DNA from: Nitrospirales bacterium
GTDB taxonomy: Bacteria > Nitrospirota > Nitrospiria > Nitrospirales > UBA8639
DNA length: 64,000 nt
Direction of reading: 5' to 3'
NCBI GenBank assembly: GCA_965203295.1
Contig: CBDBCZ010000016.1
Location: 32,001 to 96,000, forward strand
Shown: in pieces, positions 12,862 through 25,380 of the stretch
Numbering within the stretch: the first letter of the stretch is position 1
How the letters are laid out: each line of letters begins with the position of its first letter
Made by a program: the position numbers and the translations under genes
The notes under the pieces: model-generated
Database searches by the model: none
What the model saw: only the letters and a program-made list of their open reading frames with translations
Told to the model about the DNA's origin: nothing

Positions 12862-15376
12862 TAATACATTATTTAGAATCTTAGCTTTTCTACCATATTC
12901 AATAGTGTAATGCCTCTGTAATTACCTAGGTCCTCAGTATCACCTTTCTTATACAAGCTAACAATAAACCCTTAATTGTCTCCATTGTGTAGGAATACTC
13001 TCCTCTGTCCAAACTACTTCATATAGGACAGTCAACAGATTAGCCATTCCTTTGCCACAGTACTTAAAACATTTCCCAACTAGCCCATCATTACCTCCCG
13101 TTTTATTGTTATTTAAGCTTTTAGAACACTTTTCATAACTAATTTCTCTATCCAAAACCTTATCCTTCTGTGAACTAGACATTTTACCATACTCTGTTCT
13201 ATATGCTCTTTCCAGCTTTCATCAAACTGATCATCCAAAGATGCTGTACCCAACCTTTCATAATGCTCACGTAATACTTTCATAGTACCGGTTACACATG
13301 AACCTGAAGTACATGTACTCATCAAAGCAGTAAAACCCCTTAAGATTACCTTTTGAAGTCCTGCCAACAAATGCCCAAAACTCTTTCCTTTTTTCATTAA
13401 AATCTTTATTAGCCTTTTCAGTCAACTATCTAATTTCCACATACCAATTCTGTAGTAATACTCTCCCCATTTATGTTCCCTTCCACTACTAATCTCCTTA
13501 TAAACCTGTCTCCTCAACCTAATCTTCTCTTTATTCCCGGAATCAGTAACTATATAATCAATGATAGACTTCTGTTTCTGAGAAGGTCTAGTAGCTCTAG
13601 TCCACTGTAGTTCCACAGTGAACTCGCGACTATTACAAGCTCAACCTCATTCAAAAAGGAAATCAACCTGTTACCACTAGCATTACATTTTCCTTCACCA
13701 AACATACCCATTACATCATCTAAAGGTTTCCCCAATCTGGCATTAAAATCACCTAGAAGCACAACCTGACCCTTCTGACCCTTCTTCTGCATACAAGCAC
13801 ATCCTCTTTCAATTTACTTTAACTCTTTTCAATAACTGAAACATTTTCACTATCTGTAGGCATATAAACACAACCCAAAAACAAAATATTCCTGCCCCTC
13901 TCTTTTTTGCTATATTCCACATACTTTTTCATAATTCACATCCTTAATAAGCTCTACTCTACAGGCTAAACACCCCTTTACCAAGAATTCTTCTCCCCCT
14001 TCTCCTCTCCTACTCTCGCCTAGGCTTCCAGAACCATTTGTACCATCTACAGAAACCTTTGGATTCCTCCTTTTCCCATGACTCCTGGCCTGCACAATCA
14101 TCTTTGTTGCTGTTTTTTCTAGAACCCCAGCAAACTGTATGTGATAGAATTACTTTTAATGTGGAAATGATGATAAAAATTGTTGGTCCTCTGACTAGGG
14201 ATCTTATAATCTCTGTCCATGGCTGGGGGTGGGTGGTCAATGGTATGGACACTACGGCATGCATCATATCTTGTGCTCATCAGCTTATCTGTGCAACTGC
14301 TGGAGAGCCTCACCCATTGGAGTGCCTCAGCCCAGCTGGTTGTGCATGTGTTCCTACGAAATCAGTTAATCAAATACTGGCTGTGATTTCAGCCTGGTCT
14401 TATTCTCAGACCCTGCCATCTCTGAGAAATGTTGTGTGAGAAAGTCAATATAATCTGTAGACATTTCTTGAGCGTCATTTTACTCCCACTGCAGTGCCAC
14501 CCTGTAAGACGAAGTGCTGCAAAGTGAGATTCAACAGGACAATTGAAGTTGGACAAGTGCAAGGTACGCTTCCATATTTTGGACATGCACGGGTGGTTCC
14601 ATGGTCTCTATATTTAGAGAGATTCCTCTGTACGTAACTACATGTACATTAGAGATATTCACTTATGTATCAGTATGGATTAAATTCTAAAGTAGTGCTC
14701 ACTATTGGGTATTTCTTGTGTTAGAGACTGGACAAGAGCAACCCATTAGCTTACTAGACCTTATCTGTATGGCTGCATTTATGTACTGTTGTGGTTGCCT
14801 TCTATTGTTACCTTTAATTAACCTCTGCCAACATTTTGACTGGATGCTCTAGTGTTCAGGATGAAGGTGAAGCACCTGCTATGCAAAAACACCTGCAAGT
14901 ATGCAATTGTTTTCTGTTTGTACAGATCAACTTTCTAGTCATTCCCGGGAACGATCAGATGTGCAGTACGAGCAAACTCCCAAGAAGCCAGCCGAACTGC
15001 TGCCTGTTCCAAAAGTCATCCTCCTGTCATTAGTGTTTGGAATACTGGTAATATTTAGTGAGCAGCTATACAATGTGCTGAAAACGCCTCATAAAAAGAA
15101 AAAGGCCACGGTTTCATTATGGACTTGTGAAGTGTCTATAATGTAGGGAATGGCAGTGCTCAGAAATGTACATGTGCGTAGGACTTGGCAGGTCTACCAC
15201 ACAAGAACAATTAAGTGTTACAGGTTTAAAAATTCCAATATCTGTGTATGTATGTACGTGGGTGCATGCTGAGATGAGAATATGTAAGATAAGAAACACT
15301 ATCGAATGCCTTCCGTTAGCTCCATCTTGTCTTGCTTATTTAAATTAGTTCCCTGTGATGCTGATACTATATATTC

Positions 15377-15592
15377 AGTTATCTTAAGATATTCGTATCC
15401 TTGTTCCAACCCGCAACGGTTGTTTCAAAGAAGCTATGTATATACTATATGAGCTTTCATTTTCCTGTGTTTTGCACTGATGTGCCCTGAGGAAGGTTGC
15501 AATATGGCAACCGAAACGTTGGCAGTTTGATGAAATTACTTTGAAACAACTGTTGCGGGTTGGAACAAGGATACGAATATCTCAAGATGACT
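15377..15592 (+). mobile_element. Penelope-like element terminal remnant (inverted repeat with minimal hammerhead motif)
   Basis: 54-bp inverted arms at 15377-15430 and 15539-15592 (3 mismatches) flank tgcc-CTGAGGA-a-ggttgc-aatatg-gcaacc-GAAA-cg-TT-ggca. Confidence 0.7.
15483..15524 (+). ncRNA. Minimal type-I hammerhead ribozyme motif
   Basis: Core CUGANGA and GAAA; helix I tgcc/ggca; helix II ggttgc/gcaacc; vestigial palindromic helix III (AACGTT), the pattern known from Penelope-like elements. Confidence 0.68.
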
Positions 15593-16934
15593 CCTAGCCA
15601 ACCGAGAATCTCCCTTCAACTTTATATAGTCAGTTTATTGATCTTATGTACTAGCTAATGATTTAGTAATTGCTTGGAATTTCAAAAGGCTAATACATTC
15701 ACGTACATGTAAATGATCTGAAGTTTGGTGTATGGCTACACAGATGGTATTACAACCCAGTCAGTTTGTGTACAAGGTTATTTACAGGCTGTATAGCTGT
15801 TGAATATCGCCACAGGTACAGTGATTATTTTGCGTATGTATAGGACTGTCATGGCCTCCCAGGATATTTTTTTTTTACAAAACAACTACCCTAGCTGAGA
15901 TTGAATTTGGTGGGTCTTGGAACCTACACCCAAGAGTGGTTATATACCCCATAGCTTATGAGTTTGTGGTTATCCCAAGAAGCTGAGGGATCAATGCAAA
16001 CAAGTGGGCTGAACAAATGGGGGTTATACATTATAGTGTAGAAACATAAGTGGGTGTTGTCTATCTGACATAACACATTGCACATGCATGCAATCTGTGC
16101 TGTGTGAGAACAAGACAAATTATATGACAAAGTGTGGGTAGTGAGGGTATGTTTTAGCTGCTCAATTTTAAGGATCTCAGTTGGTTCTCGGAATTCATGA
16201 TATTTGGAGTTCTCTTTCTCACGAATTTGGCTTCTCAAACTTGTCATCTTCAAATGCCGACGTTTTGACTGCTGGGCTGCAGTCTTCCTCTGGGCAGACA
16301 TCAATGCAGTGTGAAACAGATCATTTTTTGGATGATGTAATGTAGTATAAATAGCAACGACATGCTTATAGCAATGCAACTAAACAGGAATAGTATTTAA
16401 GTGTCGGGTCAGGAGTATGTGTACCAGGAGTCCTGTAGTAAGTCCATTACTGCACTTCTTAGGGTCAGGTAATGATCAAAATACTCAAATCAGTCTTTTG
16501 GTTCTACATTGGCCCGTTGCAGTCTGGCTTATACTGCCTCCCTCTAACTGAATACAGACGTAATTCCAGATGTAAATCAATACCTACATGTACCTTGCCC
16601 ATGCATCTTTTAAGGAACACTAAACTATGTATATGCACAATCCCGTTTACAATGCTGTGCCCACTGGAATTACGTCTGTAGTTCTACTAGCACTACAAAT
16701 GTGGGGTGTGTACATGAGTACTCAGTATGTCATCAAAGTATTGATTTGTTCTCCACCAAATGTTATACATGTACATGTACATAGCTACGTAATATATCTT
16801 GAGTGCTTTTGAAGTTCCCTAGCTTGTGTTGCATGCAGCGATCTCCATGTACAAGGTACTTAGTTTTGTGTGTGCATGTGTTGCATGCGTGTATCACTTG
16901 CAGAGCATCAATATCAACCCACCCACTTCCTTCC

Positions 16935-17104
<170 letters not shown>

Positions 17105-17112
17105 GCATACAG

Positions 17113-17925
17113 GACCATCTAGTATGCTATCTTCCTGGCACTCTGCCCCCGGGTGTGCACAATGGTCTTCCTAAGAAATACAGGACTATTGCCAAGAGCC
17201 TCTTGTACACCTGGTGCGCATGCCAGGTGTATAAGCAGATGCCAACCGGACTCAGTCTAGAGATTGTAAGGTACATTGTAAACTCTTCGAGATGATAAGC
17301 TTTCTGAGAGAGTAAAGAATCCCGAAAAAAAAAAAAACGAGACCCAGCTGGAGATTGAACCCAGGACCTTGTATTTTAGGTGTACAGTAGGTGATAATGG
17401 TAGAAGTGGGGATTCTTCTTTAGGGTATTTACCAGAGGCCCTATTGCTGTCTAGGATTATAGAGGAAGACCTACTTTTTTCATCTGTTGGGGGGTGGAGT
17501 TTAGTACACTCAATAATTTTGTAGGGCTACAGTCTTATACATGTACTATAGGAAGAATAACTTAGGGTGGTGCAACCTCTGGTTTTCTTGCCCTCTGACT
17601 GGAGATCTTGCAAGCTTCACCTACATCTGTGATTATGTGTGGTTAATGACATAAGTTCTCTGACGGCAACATAAGTGTGTTTTATTATTCTTCTACAGCC
17701 TTTGGATCGTCATAATCTCCTCCGACCAGAGACAGTGGAGTCTCTGTTCTAGCTCTACCAGCTTACCAAGGACGAACAATACCGCAATTGGGGTTGGAAG
17801 ATCTTTCAGGCCTTTGAGAAGTGTTATTTTCTGATGATAGTAGTTTAATATCAGTCGACAGATGGATCATCAATAATGAAGCTCACCCACTACATGTACC
17901 CATTTGGACAGATTACTATTTTTAA
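17113..17925 (+). pseudogene. MAN1B1: ER alpha-1,2-mannosidase (GH47, MAN1B1-like), 3' exons only
   Basis: 17113-17271 reads DHLVCYLPGTL..GVHNGLP...QMPTGLSLEIV. 17699-17821 reads [40 protein letters not shown], with a stop at 17750. This is fused out of frame by a deletion to LFSDDSSLISVDRWIINNEAHPL(HV)PIW, the GH47 C-terminal motif. Confidence 0.9.
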
Positions 17926-18617
17926 CTGCATAAGATTATTTAGCGTTAGTGGTTTCAGAAGTGTACAGCACTCCTAACATATAATTTTTTTGTAAAATCA
18001 ATAACAGAAAACGTTGCTATATACGAAGGGTGGTACGAGTAGAGGGTACACTTTCAAACTGTGGATTTATAACCGCAGTTCACTGAAAATGAAATACTTT
18101 TTGACATGTTTCTTTCCATAGCGTGCCATGGAAAGCCATTCTGTAGAGACAGAACCTTGTTCATTTATTATGCAATAGGAACTAGAATCCTGATGTCTAT
18201 TCAAGTTTAATATGCAAGCTATGCTTATGGGACAAACAAAAGCATACATGTACAACTCATTACTATCATGGTGTATATCGTAAACAGTATGTACAAGGGA
18301 AATTACTTTATTAATTAAAGATACATAAATAGTTTACTACAATATACGTGTATATAGCTAATCAGTGTATGAAAACTCCAGCAATAATAAGTATACCGAT
18401 GTAGGTCAAAACCACAATGACTTAACAATTACTAGTTTTACATAACTCGAAAGGAAAAGCATGTGTGGCTAAGAAATTCTGAGCACATTATGTAGTAGCG
18501 GATAATTAAGCAATATCGATATCGTTTCAATAAATAAACATCACTTTCACATAAAACGTGTACATGTGTGCTGTCTAAGAAAATCTGAGCACATTATGTA
18601 CATGTAGCTGCATAAGT

Positions 18618-19158
18618 TCAGTGGTTACTTGTCTTATACAACTTCTTTGCTAGCGATCTCAGGTAGTCTAAGTACTCCAACTTCTTGTAATGACCCTCAG
18701 GAACTCCCTCATAGCCATACTTTGCTCCCCAGCAAGCAGCAGCTATGATTCCAGTACTATCAGAGTCACCACCATGTAGCATGCTGTGAAGACACAGCTC
18801 ACTCCATGAGTCCCCACTACACGATAACGCATCAAAAGCAATCATTGGGGCGTCATGACCACTTGCACCTCCCGTGCCTGCAAAGCTGCAGCTCTTATAA
18901 AATCGATCACGTTCAACTACTCCATACACTTCTGGAAAAGTTGGTTTTGACACTCCAGATTCAATGCCTCGAAGTTTCAGATACTCAATCCACTTCTTCT
19001 CAAAATAGCTCCAGGTCTCTCTATTCTCCTGGACATCCCGCCCAACTCTCTCAATGTACTGCTTTGCCAACTCTAAAGTTCGTAGTAGCCCCACTCCCCA
19101 TTCCTCCAGTGGTTTTTCCTGAATTGCATACGAAACAAAAAGAGCTGTAGCAAGGGAC
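18618..19158 (-). pseudogene. ADPRH: ADP-ribosylarginine hydrolase, 3' half
   Basis: ATALFVSYAIQEKPLEEWG...YFEKKWIEYLKLRGI...GGASGHDAPMIAFDAL...HGGDSDSTGIIAAACWGAKYG...YKKLEY includes the metal-binding DSDS motif. The frame is open to the stop at 18618. Confidence 0.93.
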
Positions 19159-20789
19159 TGTAGGAACGCAAGCGCGAAACCAACGCAATTGCGAAACTAA
19201 CGCAAACGAGAAACCTGCCACACCCTACACTAGCCGGCCAGCCGCATGAACGTTTATACCCCGCCAACATCCGCCGTTGCATACAAAACACGATTGTTGT
19301 GCAAATACAAAGCATGCAGATCAGCTAACATACGATGGCGATGCATCTATTCAACAATGCCAGTGTAGTAGTGGTACTTGGCCAACAGAACCTACAAAAA
19401 AGCATTGAACATACATGTACTGACTGAGTATGCATGTGGTTGCTTAATATCTGTAATTGTGTTTTGAGTCCATGTGCATGCAACTTTACAGTGGTGATCA
19501 TAGAGTCAGATGCAGTCTTTCTATTACCACAAGTTAGTGGAAGGGAAGAGCTTGAAGAGAAAAGTGCAGTACATCCAGCACAGAGAATGGCCATTAACAT
19601 GCCTACCAGATATGGTGTGTATTTCAATAGGAATTTGCAAACAACTACAGAATATTTTTTCATATACAATCTTTTAATATCTTGCAGGTAGCTGAAGTCT
19701 CCCACCACATGGATGGGATAGCCTCAATTATTTTTAAAGGGAAGAGCATCGTAAAATCAGTGGATCTTGCATAAGATGTTTCGTATAATGAGGTAATGCA
19801 TTGACTTATTCACACACCAAGAGTAAAGTATATTATACCACTCACATTGTTCTCATGCAGGCTATGGTTCTACTCCTGCAGAAGAAATATGCACTACAGT
19901 ATAATGCAGCCATTAATGCCCATATCCAAGAAGAATTCCCAAGATAATAGCATATTAACTGAGGTTCCATGCTGCAACACAACATGAGAGTAGGTGCTAT
20001 ACATACTACATGTAGCCTCGTTCCTAGGCTCTACTTCCCAGCTTTTGTTTTCGCACGTAATAATCATTTTACTATGTACGAAAAAAAACTGGGAAATAAG
20101 TAGATATGGTTGTCGAGAATGCATCAAAAGTGCAGAAACTGGAATGAATACGCCTATATTTATACCCATAGTAATCCTGGTCATGCTGGTTAAGTCACAA
20201 CAGTTGTGAATATGTAAGTATACATCTACAGGTTATCTCGTATTGAAATAGAGCACAGTGAAGCCCTCTCTGGGGCTGTGGCTGCAATGAAACAGTATAA
20301 AGAGCAGAGGCTACTAAAGGTTGTAGAGACGACTAAACAGGAGGAGCAAGTAAGTGACATACAATCATTGTAATATGAGCATATCTCAGACTGGATATTG
20401 CATACTGAGTCATGTACAATGCAAGCAGAACGTTGATAGACGGATGCTCAGATTTGGTGTGTACGTACATGTAGATTAAATGTGTGTGGCTTGCAGAACA
20501 AAAATTAATAACCAATATAAGGGAATTTTTCGGCCTTTTATAAGTCTGATTCAGAATAAGCACATCTTCTTTAGCCTAATTCTGTTTCCGAGAGTTTCTT
20601 GTACCCATGCAAGTGTTACTAGTGTTGTCCCAGTAGATCAAAGGTATTAGTGTGCTGGACAAAAGTGTTGTCACTGTTACATGTACTTGCAAACATTCTC
20701 AAAACTGCCTACCCAAACCTTAACTCAAAGCCACTTTCCTAATGTCGAGAATAGCAGTTTGGAATCTACGTATTTAGCTAGTAGCATCT

Positions 20790-20857
20790 TAGTCTATCGA
20801 GCTAGACCCTCCTCTATGCTTAGCTAAGCACAGAGGAGGGTCTAGCTCGATAGACTA
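20790..20857. mobile_element. 68-bp palindromic mini-element, TAG...CTA ends, 9-bp TSD
   Basis: Near-perfect hairpin flanked by gtagcatct (20781-20789 and 20858-20866). Copy at 35780-35847. Confidence 0.8.
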
Positions 20858-23800
20858 GTAGCATCTAAAAAGATACTTGGCTGCTCTTCTAAAACGTGTA
20901 ATGAAGCAGTAAGGGAATATGGGGTTTAAGTTGAGGTCTAGTACTAATTGTCTGAATGAAGAGTTAGGAAGATAAAAATGATGATAGGCAGTGTTGGTTA
21001 TGTGGGAAAGAATGTGAGAGTGTAGTTCACGTGCTCCGACCGGAAATTCACAGGGACTGGGCACTCAATAGATTGAGTTTTTTTTTGGTCGAGTGGCTAG
21101 CCAGCCCTCTGTGATGGTATCAATAACGTCTGATCAAGTGGCTGGTGAAGTTGTGTCGACATGTTAATATCTACTTGTCTTTTATGGATTGTATAGAATG
21201 TTCACTTATGTTACAAAGATAATTTAATTCTATCATGGAGTACGGTAGTACTCCATATGTAGGGATGGCACGGAAAAAAATGACGGCCCCATATAACGCG
21301 TACAAAATTATACGCTCAGAACTCGGCTCTGATTATAGTCATAGGCTTTTATGAGCCATATCATGACATCTCGAGTGTTTTCATCAGCAGCAGGGCTGTT
21401 GGCGTTGCTAGAAACCTTCGCTGGAGTACCATACAGGCAAGTCGACACACTGGGGGGGCGGGGCATATTCGTACAACTCTTTCTTCTTCTTCAGCCAGGC
21501 TAGCGCGATAATGGCTGAAGCGATCACAATGATTCAAGCGCGAACAAACTTGAAATTCCCTGGGGTATTGCACTCGCAGCATAGCTTATTCAAAACATCG
21601 AATGGGTTCAGCAGTGATTTCCAAGTACTCTTGAGTGGACGCTTGCTGTTGAGTATGGGGGTGTGGTACAGATTGTGGTGGGTGTGGTTGGAAAGATGTA
21701 GGGATGGTAGCTACGCGGTAAATGCATTGCACTGTGATGTGTGGGTAGTCTGTGCATGCATTGTGGTGTGCACTGTTGCTTGTTTCATTGGTTTTTGGGG
21801 AAGTGTTTTTTGGTGGAAGTACATCCCTACATCACTTGTTTTTGCACTTTTTGGCAAAGTGCTTTTAACTAATATAAGAAGAAAACTAGGAGAATAATAT
21901 GGAGAATAGCAAAAATCTCAAGCCTGTTAGGCATTCCTTTTCTCATCAGGATATTCTCAGGATCATGAGCAGCCCCAACATAGTAGTATACACGTATGTA
22001 TGTATCTATGTCTTTTACCAAGATGAGCAGCACTAATCCCTTCATCTTGAAGCCCTCTAACTTGGTTGGCCATGATGCTAGTGTATGTGTGTGGTGATGG
22101 CTGATACGTATACCTATTTTTTCATTATGAAAGGAGAAAACAGGCTTTTACTCCCCCAATGGACTGGATGATTGGTGTGTTGTTGCCCTTGATCATAGTG
22201 TTTATCCACAACTGGGCCAAAGTGCTTTACTAGTGATCCTAGTAGTTTATGTATATGGATAATCTTCATTCTCACCTTACCTGCCACGCTAGAATTTTTC
22301 CATGTCAAAGCAAGGATCTCTCCTGGCAGGCTGCTGGTGAATCACAGCTACACTAAATTGACACAATATCCAGGACCATAGTCAGCTGATATGTGATACT
22401 TAGTCTACAATGAAAATGGCACTTCCCAAACAATTGAGTGCAACCTTGAGAATGGAATGTAGTGCATATGGGTGCACTCATTCCCTGGTTCAACTCTGCT
22501 GTTTTTATTCACATACATGTAGTAAAACAGCACCTTTTGGCATTCTGTAACCCACAGCAGCTGGGGCGGAGGCCAGGAACGAAGCTACGTAGGAATGTCC
22601 TTTTTTTTAGTAGACAGTGTCAAAATAGTGCAGGTATTTCCTCTTATATTAAGGGGAGAAAAGAGTGTAGGGATACACAGTCAAGGGGTTACTTTTTAGA
22701 GAGTGTAATCTTCTTCTAAACAGCTCATAGTATGTGCAGACAAACACCGGCCTGCACTACTGCATATTAACCTGGAGTGCATGACCTCTCCCAATATCAT
22801 TATACAAGGCAAGAACGTTCGTGAAGTAAGTAGTTTAGACGGTTCATAGTTATGTATGCAATTTTCCTAGTAGCTGTCTACTACTGCAGCTATTTATCCC
22901 AATATTTAGTGAAAATTAATATTGCATTTCACTTCCAGGATAAGGAATGGAATTGGAATGTGAGGAGAGGAAGGCTCTTCAACTGAAGCTGGTAAGCCAC
23001 ATCTACCTTTGAGTATATCACTTCTGTCTCAGTACTGACTGCAATCAGCACAACAGTGCGTGTTTCTCAACTTGTAGTGTGTACCATTCTTTACTTAAAA
23101 GGCTTCTTCATTAAGACTAGGTGGTTGGAGCTAGTAACTTTGAAATAGAATTAATGCTAACTAGAGGTCTTCAACAAGACATACCCCGCGCTGAATACTG
23201 AGACATAGGGCTAGCTGTGAATTACAGTCAATATTCCAATGGTTTTACAGTAGTGTCTGCACGTAGCTACGTTATTATGCACTACTAATTCAGTGTCCAG
23301 AGTGTCTGGAACTACATGTACGTGTACTACAGCTTCTGTTATTTTGTTCACTATGTAATATCAGTAATGACAGGACTCTTCAACGACAATGAGCATATGT
23401 ACATGCCGCAAGATACAGAATGATAGACGTAAACAGTTACGTACTTGTAGAAGCTGTGGGCATATATCTATTCTCATGTATGGGTCGACACTTAATTACG
23501 TGTATATGATAATTATAATAATAGTGTGCATGCCCTTTGACCTGTCCCTAGTGGTACAGACATGCGGAAGTTGGCGAGAGTAACTGAAGTTTGAGGTTTA
23601 TCACAAGCTGTATTGCTCTGGAGAGACACTCAAGATCTGGTGTATGATTTAACCTTCCGTCTCAGTCTATGAAACTGGCCTCCGATAGTCACTTGGTCTT
23701 GTCACGAGACTAGTCCTCTAAATGATTGATGTCACAATAACAATCATGAAGATATTTTAATATTTTTATGACAGACGGATGGACAAAACCAATTGCTTAA

Positions 23801-25008
23801 CCCCCACTTGTGCATGTTTGGCGCAGGGTATTATTATTTCCATACATGACAGGGTATATAAGCTTGCACATTATGCATCCTGGACTTACATTTATTTCAA
23901 AGCTGCGTAATAGACACCCACGCTGACTAAATGTGACATAATACGTAATATATCACCTGACAATGCCATTTTTTTTGTGCTACAGTGCACTTTTACATGT
24001 ACGTACAAAGGACACTTATTAACCAACCAAGTGTTTCCACACAGGAGAATCTGGAGGAAAGTCTGAGAGAACTTGCAGTGAGCAAATCAGAAGCTCTTGA
24101 CGTTGCTGTGATGCAAAAGATTACATTAAAAGAAAAATTGCTTGCGGAAATCGCTTGCTATGAGGTAAGCAGTGTACCGGGTATCATGTATGTGTACTTG
24201 TAGAGTGAATAGAAAAGGTGTGCAATGTCCAATCTAACTGCACAATTTAACAACTGATTGGAAAACAGAGTTGTTGTTGGTGGCAGCTGTTGGTTGACAC
24301 GGGTCAAAATCATGGACCGTATCTTTCCATTGTTAAAGTCATGTACATACATACTTTTTCAAATTGTGGTCAGGATGTTCTACATGTGCAGGAACAGTCT
24401 GACCAGTATGCAGTCACTATAGCTGCAATGGAAGAAAAGCTGCTGACCCTAATGAAGAAGTCCCAACTGTTAGAAAAGAAGAATGAGAGCCTGTAACAGT
24501 AAATGGCTTTGCATCAGCAAGTAGCCAGTAATTCAGAAAAGAGAGGCACTGCTACATGTACAGGTAATAATGAATGTGTACACATCTATAGGTACCAATA
24601 CAGACATTCACTGCAGTATGGATACTTGAATCTAACGCTCCATTTTGTGTTCATGATCATTGACCATTGATCCTTGCACACGTGTAGGTATGTTCATACA
24701 GCGCACTGCCCAGAGTTGTGACCATAGACAAACATTCTGTTTTCAACTTGGGTCATTTGTGGTGCATGTACGTGTAGCTTGCTATGCATGTTTTAATTGA
24801 ATGCGTGAAAAACCTCCCAGATACAACAATACATGTACATGCAATAAAGGCATATCTAGTTCCACTACTTTAGCTAGGTAGCTCAGAGTGGGTTATGAGG
24901 TGACCATGGATCTGAGTCCAGATAACGTGTACATGTACAGAGGGGAGTGGGGGTTTACAAGAAATTATTTCTAAATTCTCTTTGGGGCATACTCGCCCGT
25001 ATGAAAGC

Positions 25009-25057
<49 letters not shown>

Positions 25058-25335
25058 CTAATATCACAATTTGCTATTCATTCTTCATCAGTAGCAATCA
25101 ACTGCTGCCTCCTTGTTCTTGCGCAGGAGTGTCTTTTGCAGTTCCAGGAAATTGTCCAGCAGTTTTCTCAGCAGGGATTGATCTGCAAAGTAAAATGAAA
25201 TGCACACCTCCAATTACCATTTTTATATACATTAAACAGGCTATGACATACTCAATATGTAAGACTTGTAAGTATGCTGCTTTGCGATACATACTAACCC
25301 CCCCCCCCCCGTATGAAAGCCTTGTGTGTGTGTGT

Positions 25336-25380
<45 letters not shown>

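Larger units (their letters stand above)
11220..14140 (-). mobile_element. Degraded non-LTR retrotransposon (LINE; APE endonuclease + RT) in an SLC35F5 intron
   Basis: Endonuclease motifs VVLLGDFNAR and SIIDYI; RT motifs GVAQGCNILPILF and LMFANDLVG (decayed FADD). Many frameshifts. Interrupted by two smaller elements. Confidence 0.9.
2509..15047 (+). pseudogene. SLC35F5: SLC35F5-like transporter, 5' part, copy 1 (exons ~2509-2599, 9630-9832, 10437-10512, 14495-14563, 14926-15047; exon 2 deleted)
   Basis: Exon 1 reads RKGLVVGVLLLLLVDVIWVGSAGLTR|gtaagt, the SLC35F5 LLLVDVIWV motif. Later exons read KVRFNRTIEVGQ and LLPVPKVILLSLVFGIL|gt. GT-AG phases are compatible. The ATGs at 2509 are out of frame with exon 1, exon 3 has a frameshift, and no downstream exons are seen. 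Confidence 0.82.

Noticed and set aside
18618..19094. Stand-alone intact 158-aa gene
   Set aside because: It is the C-terminal half of ADPRH; its 5' half lies beyond the insertion and has a stop.
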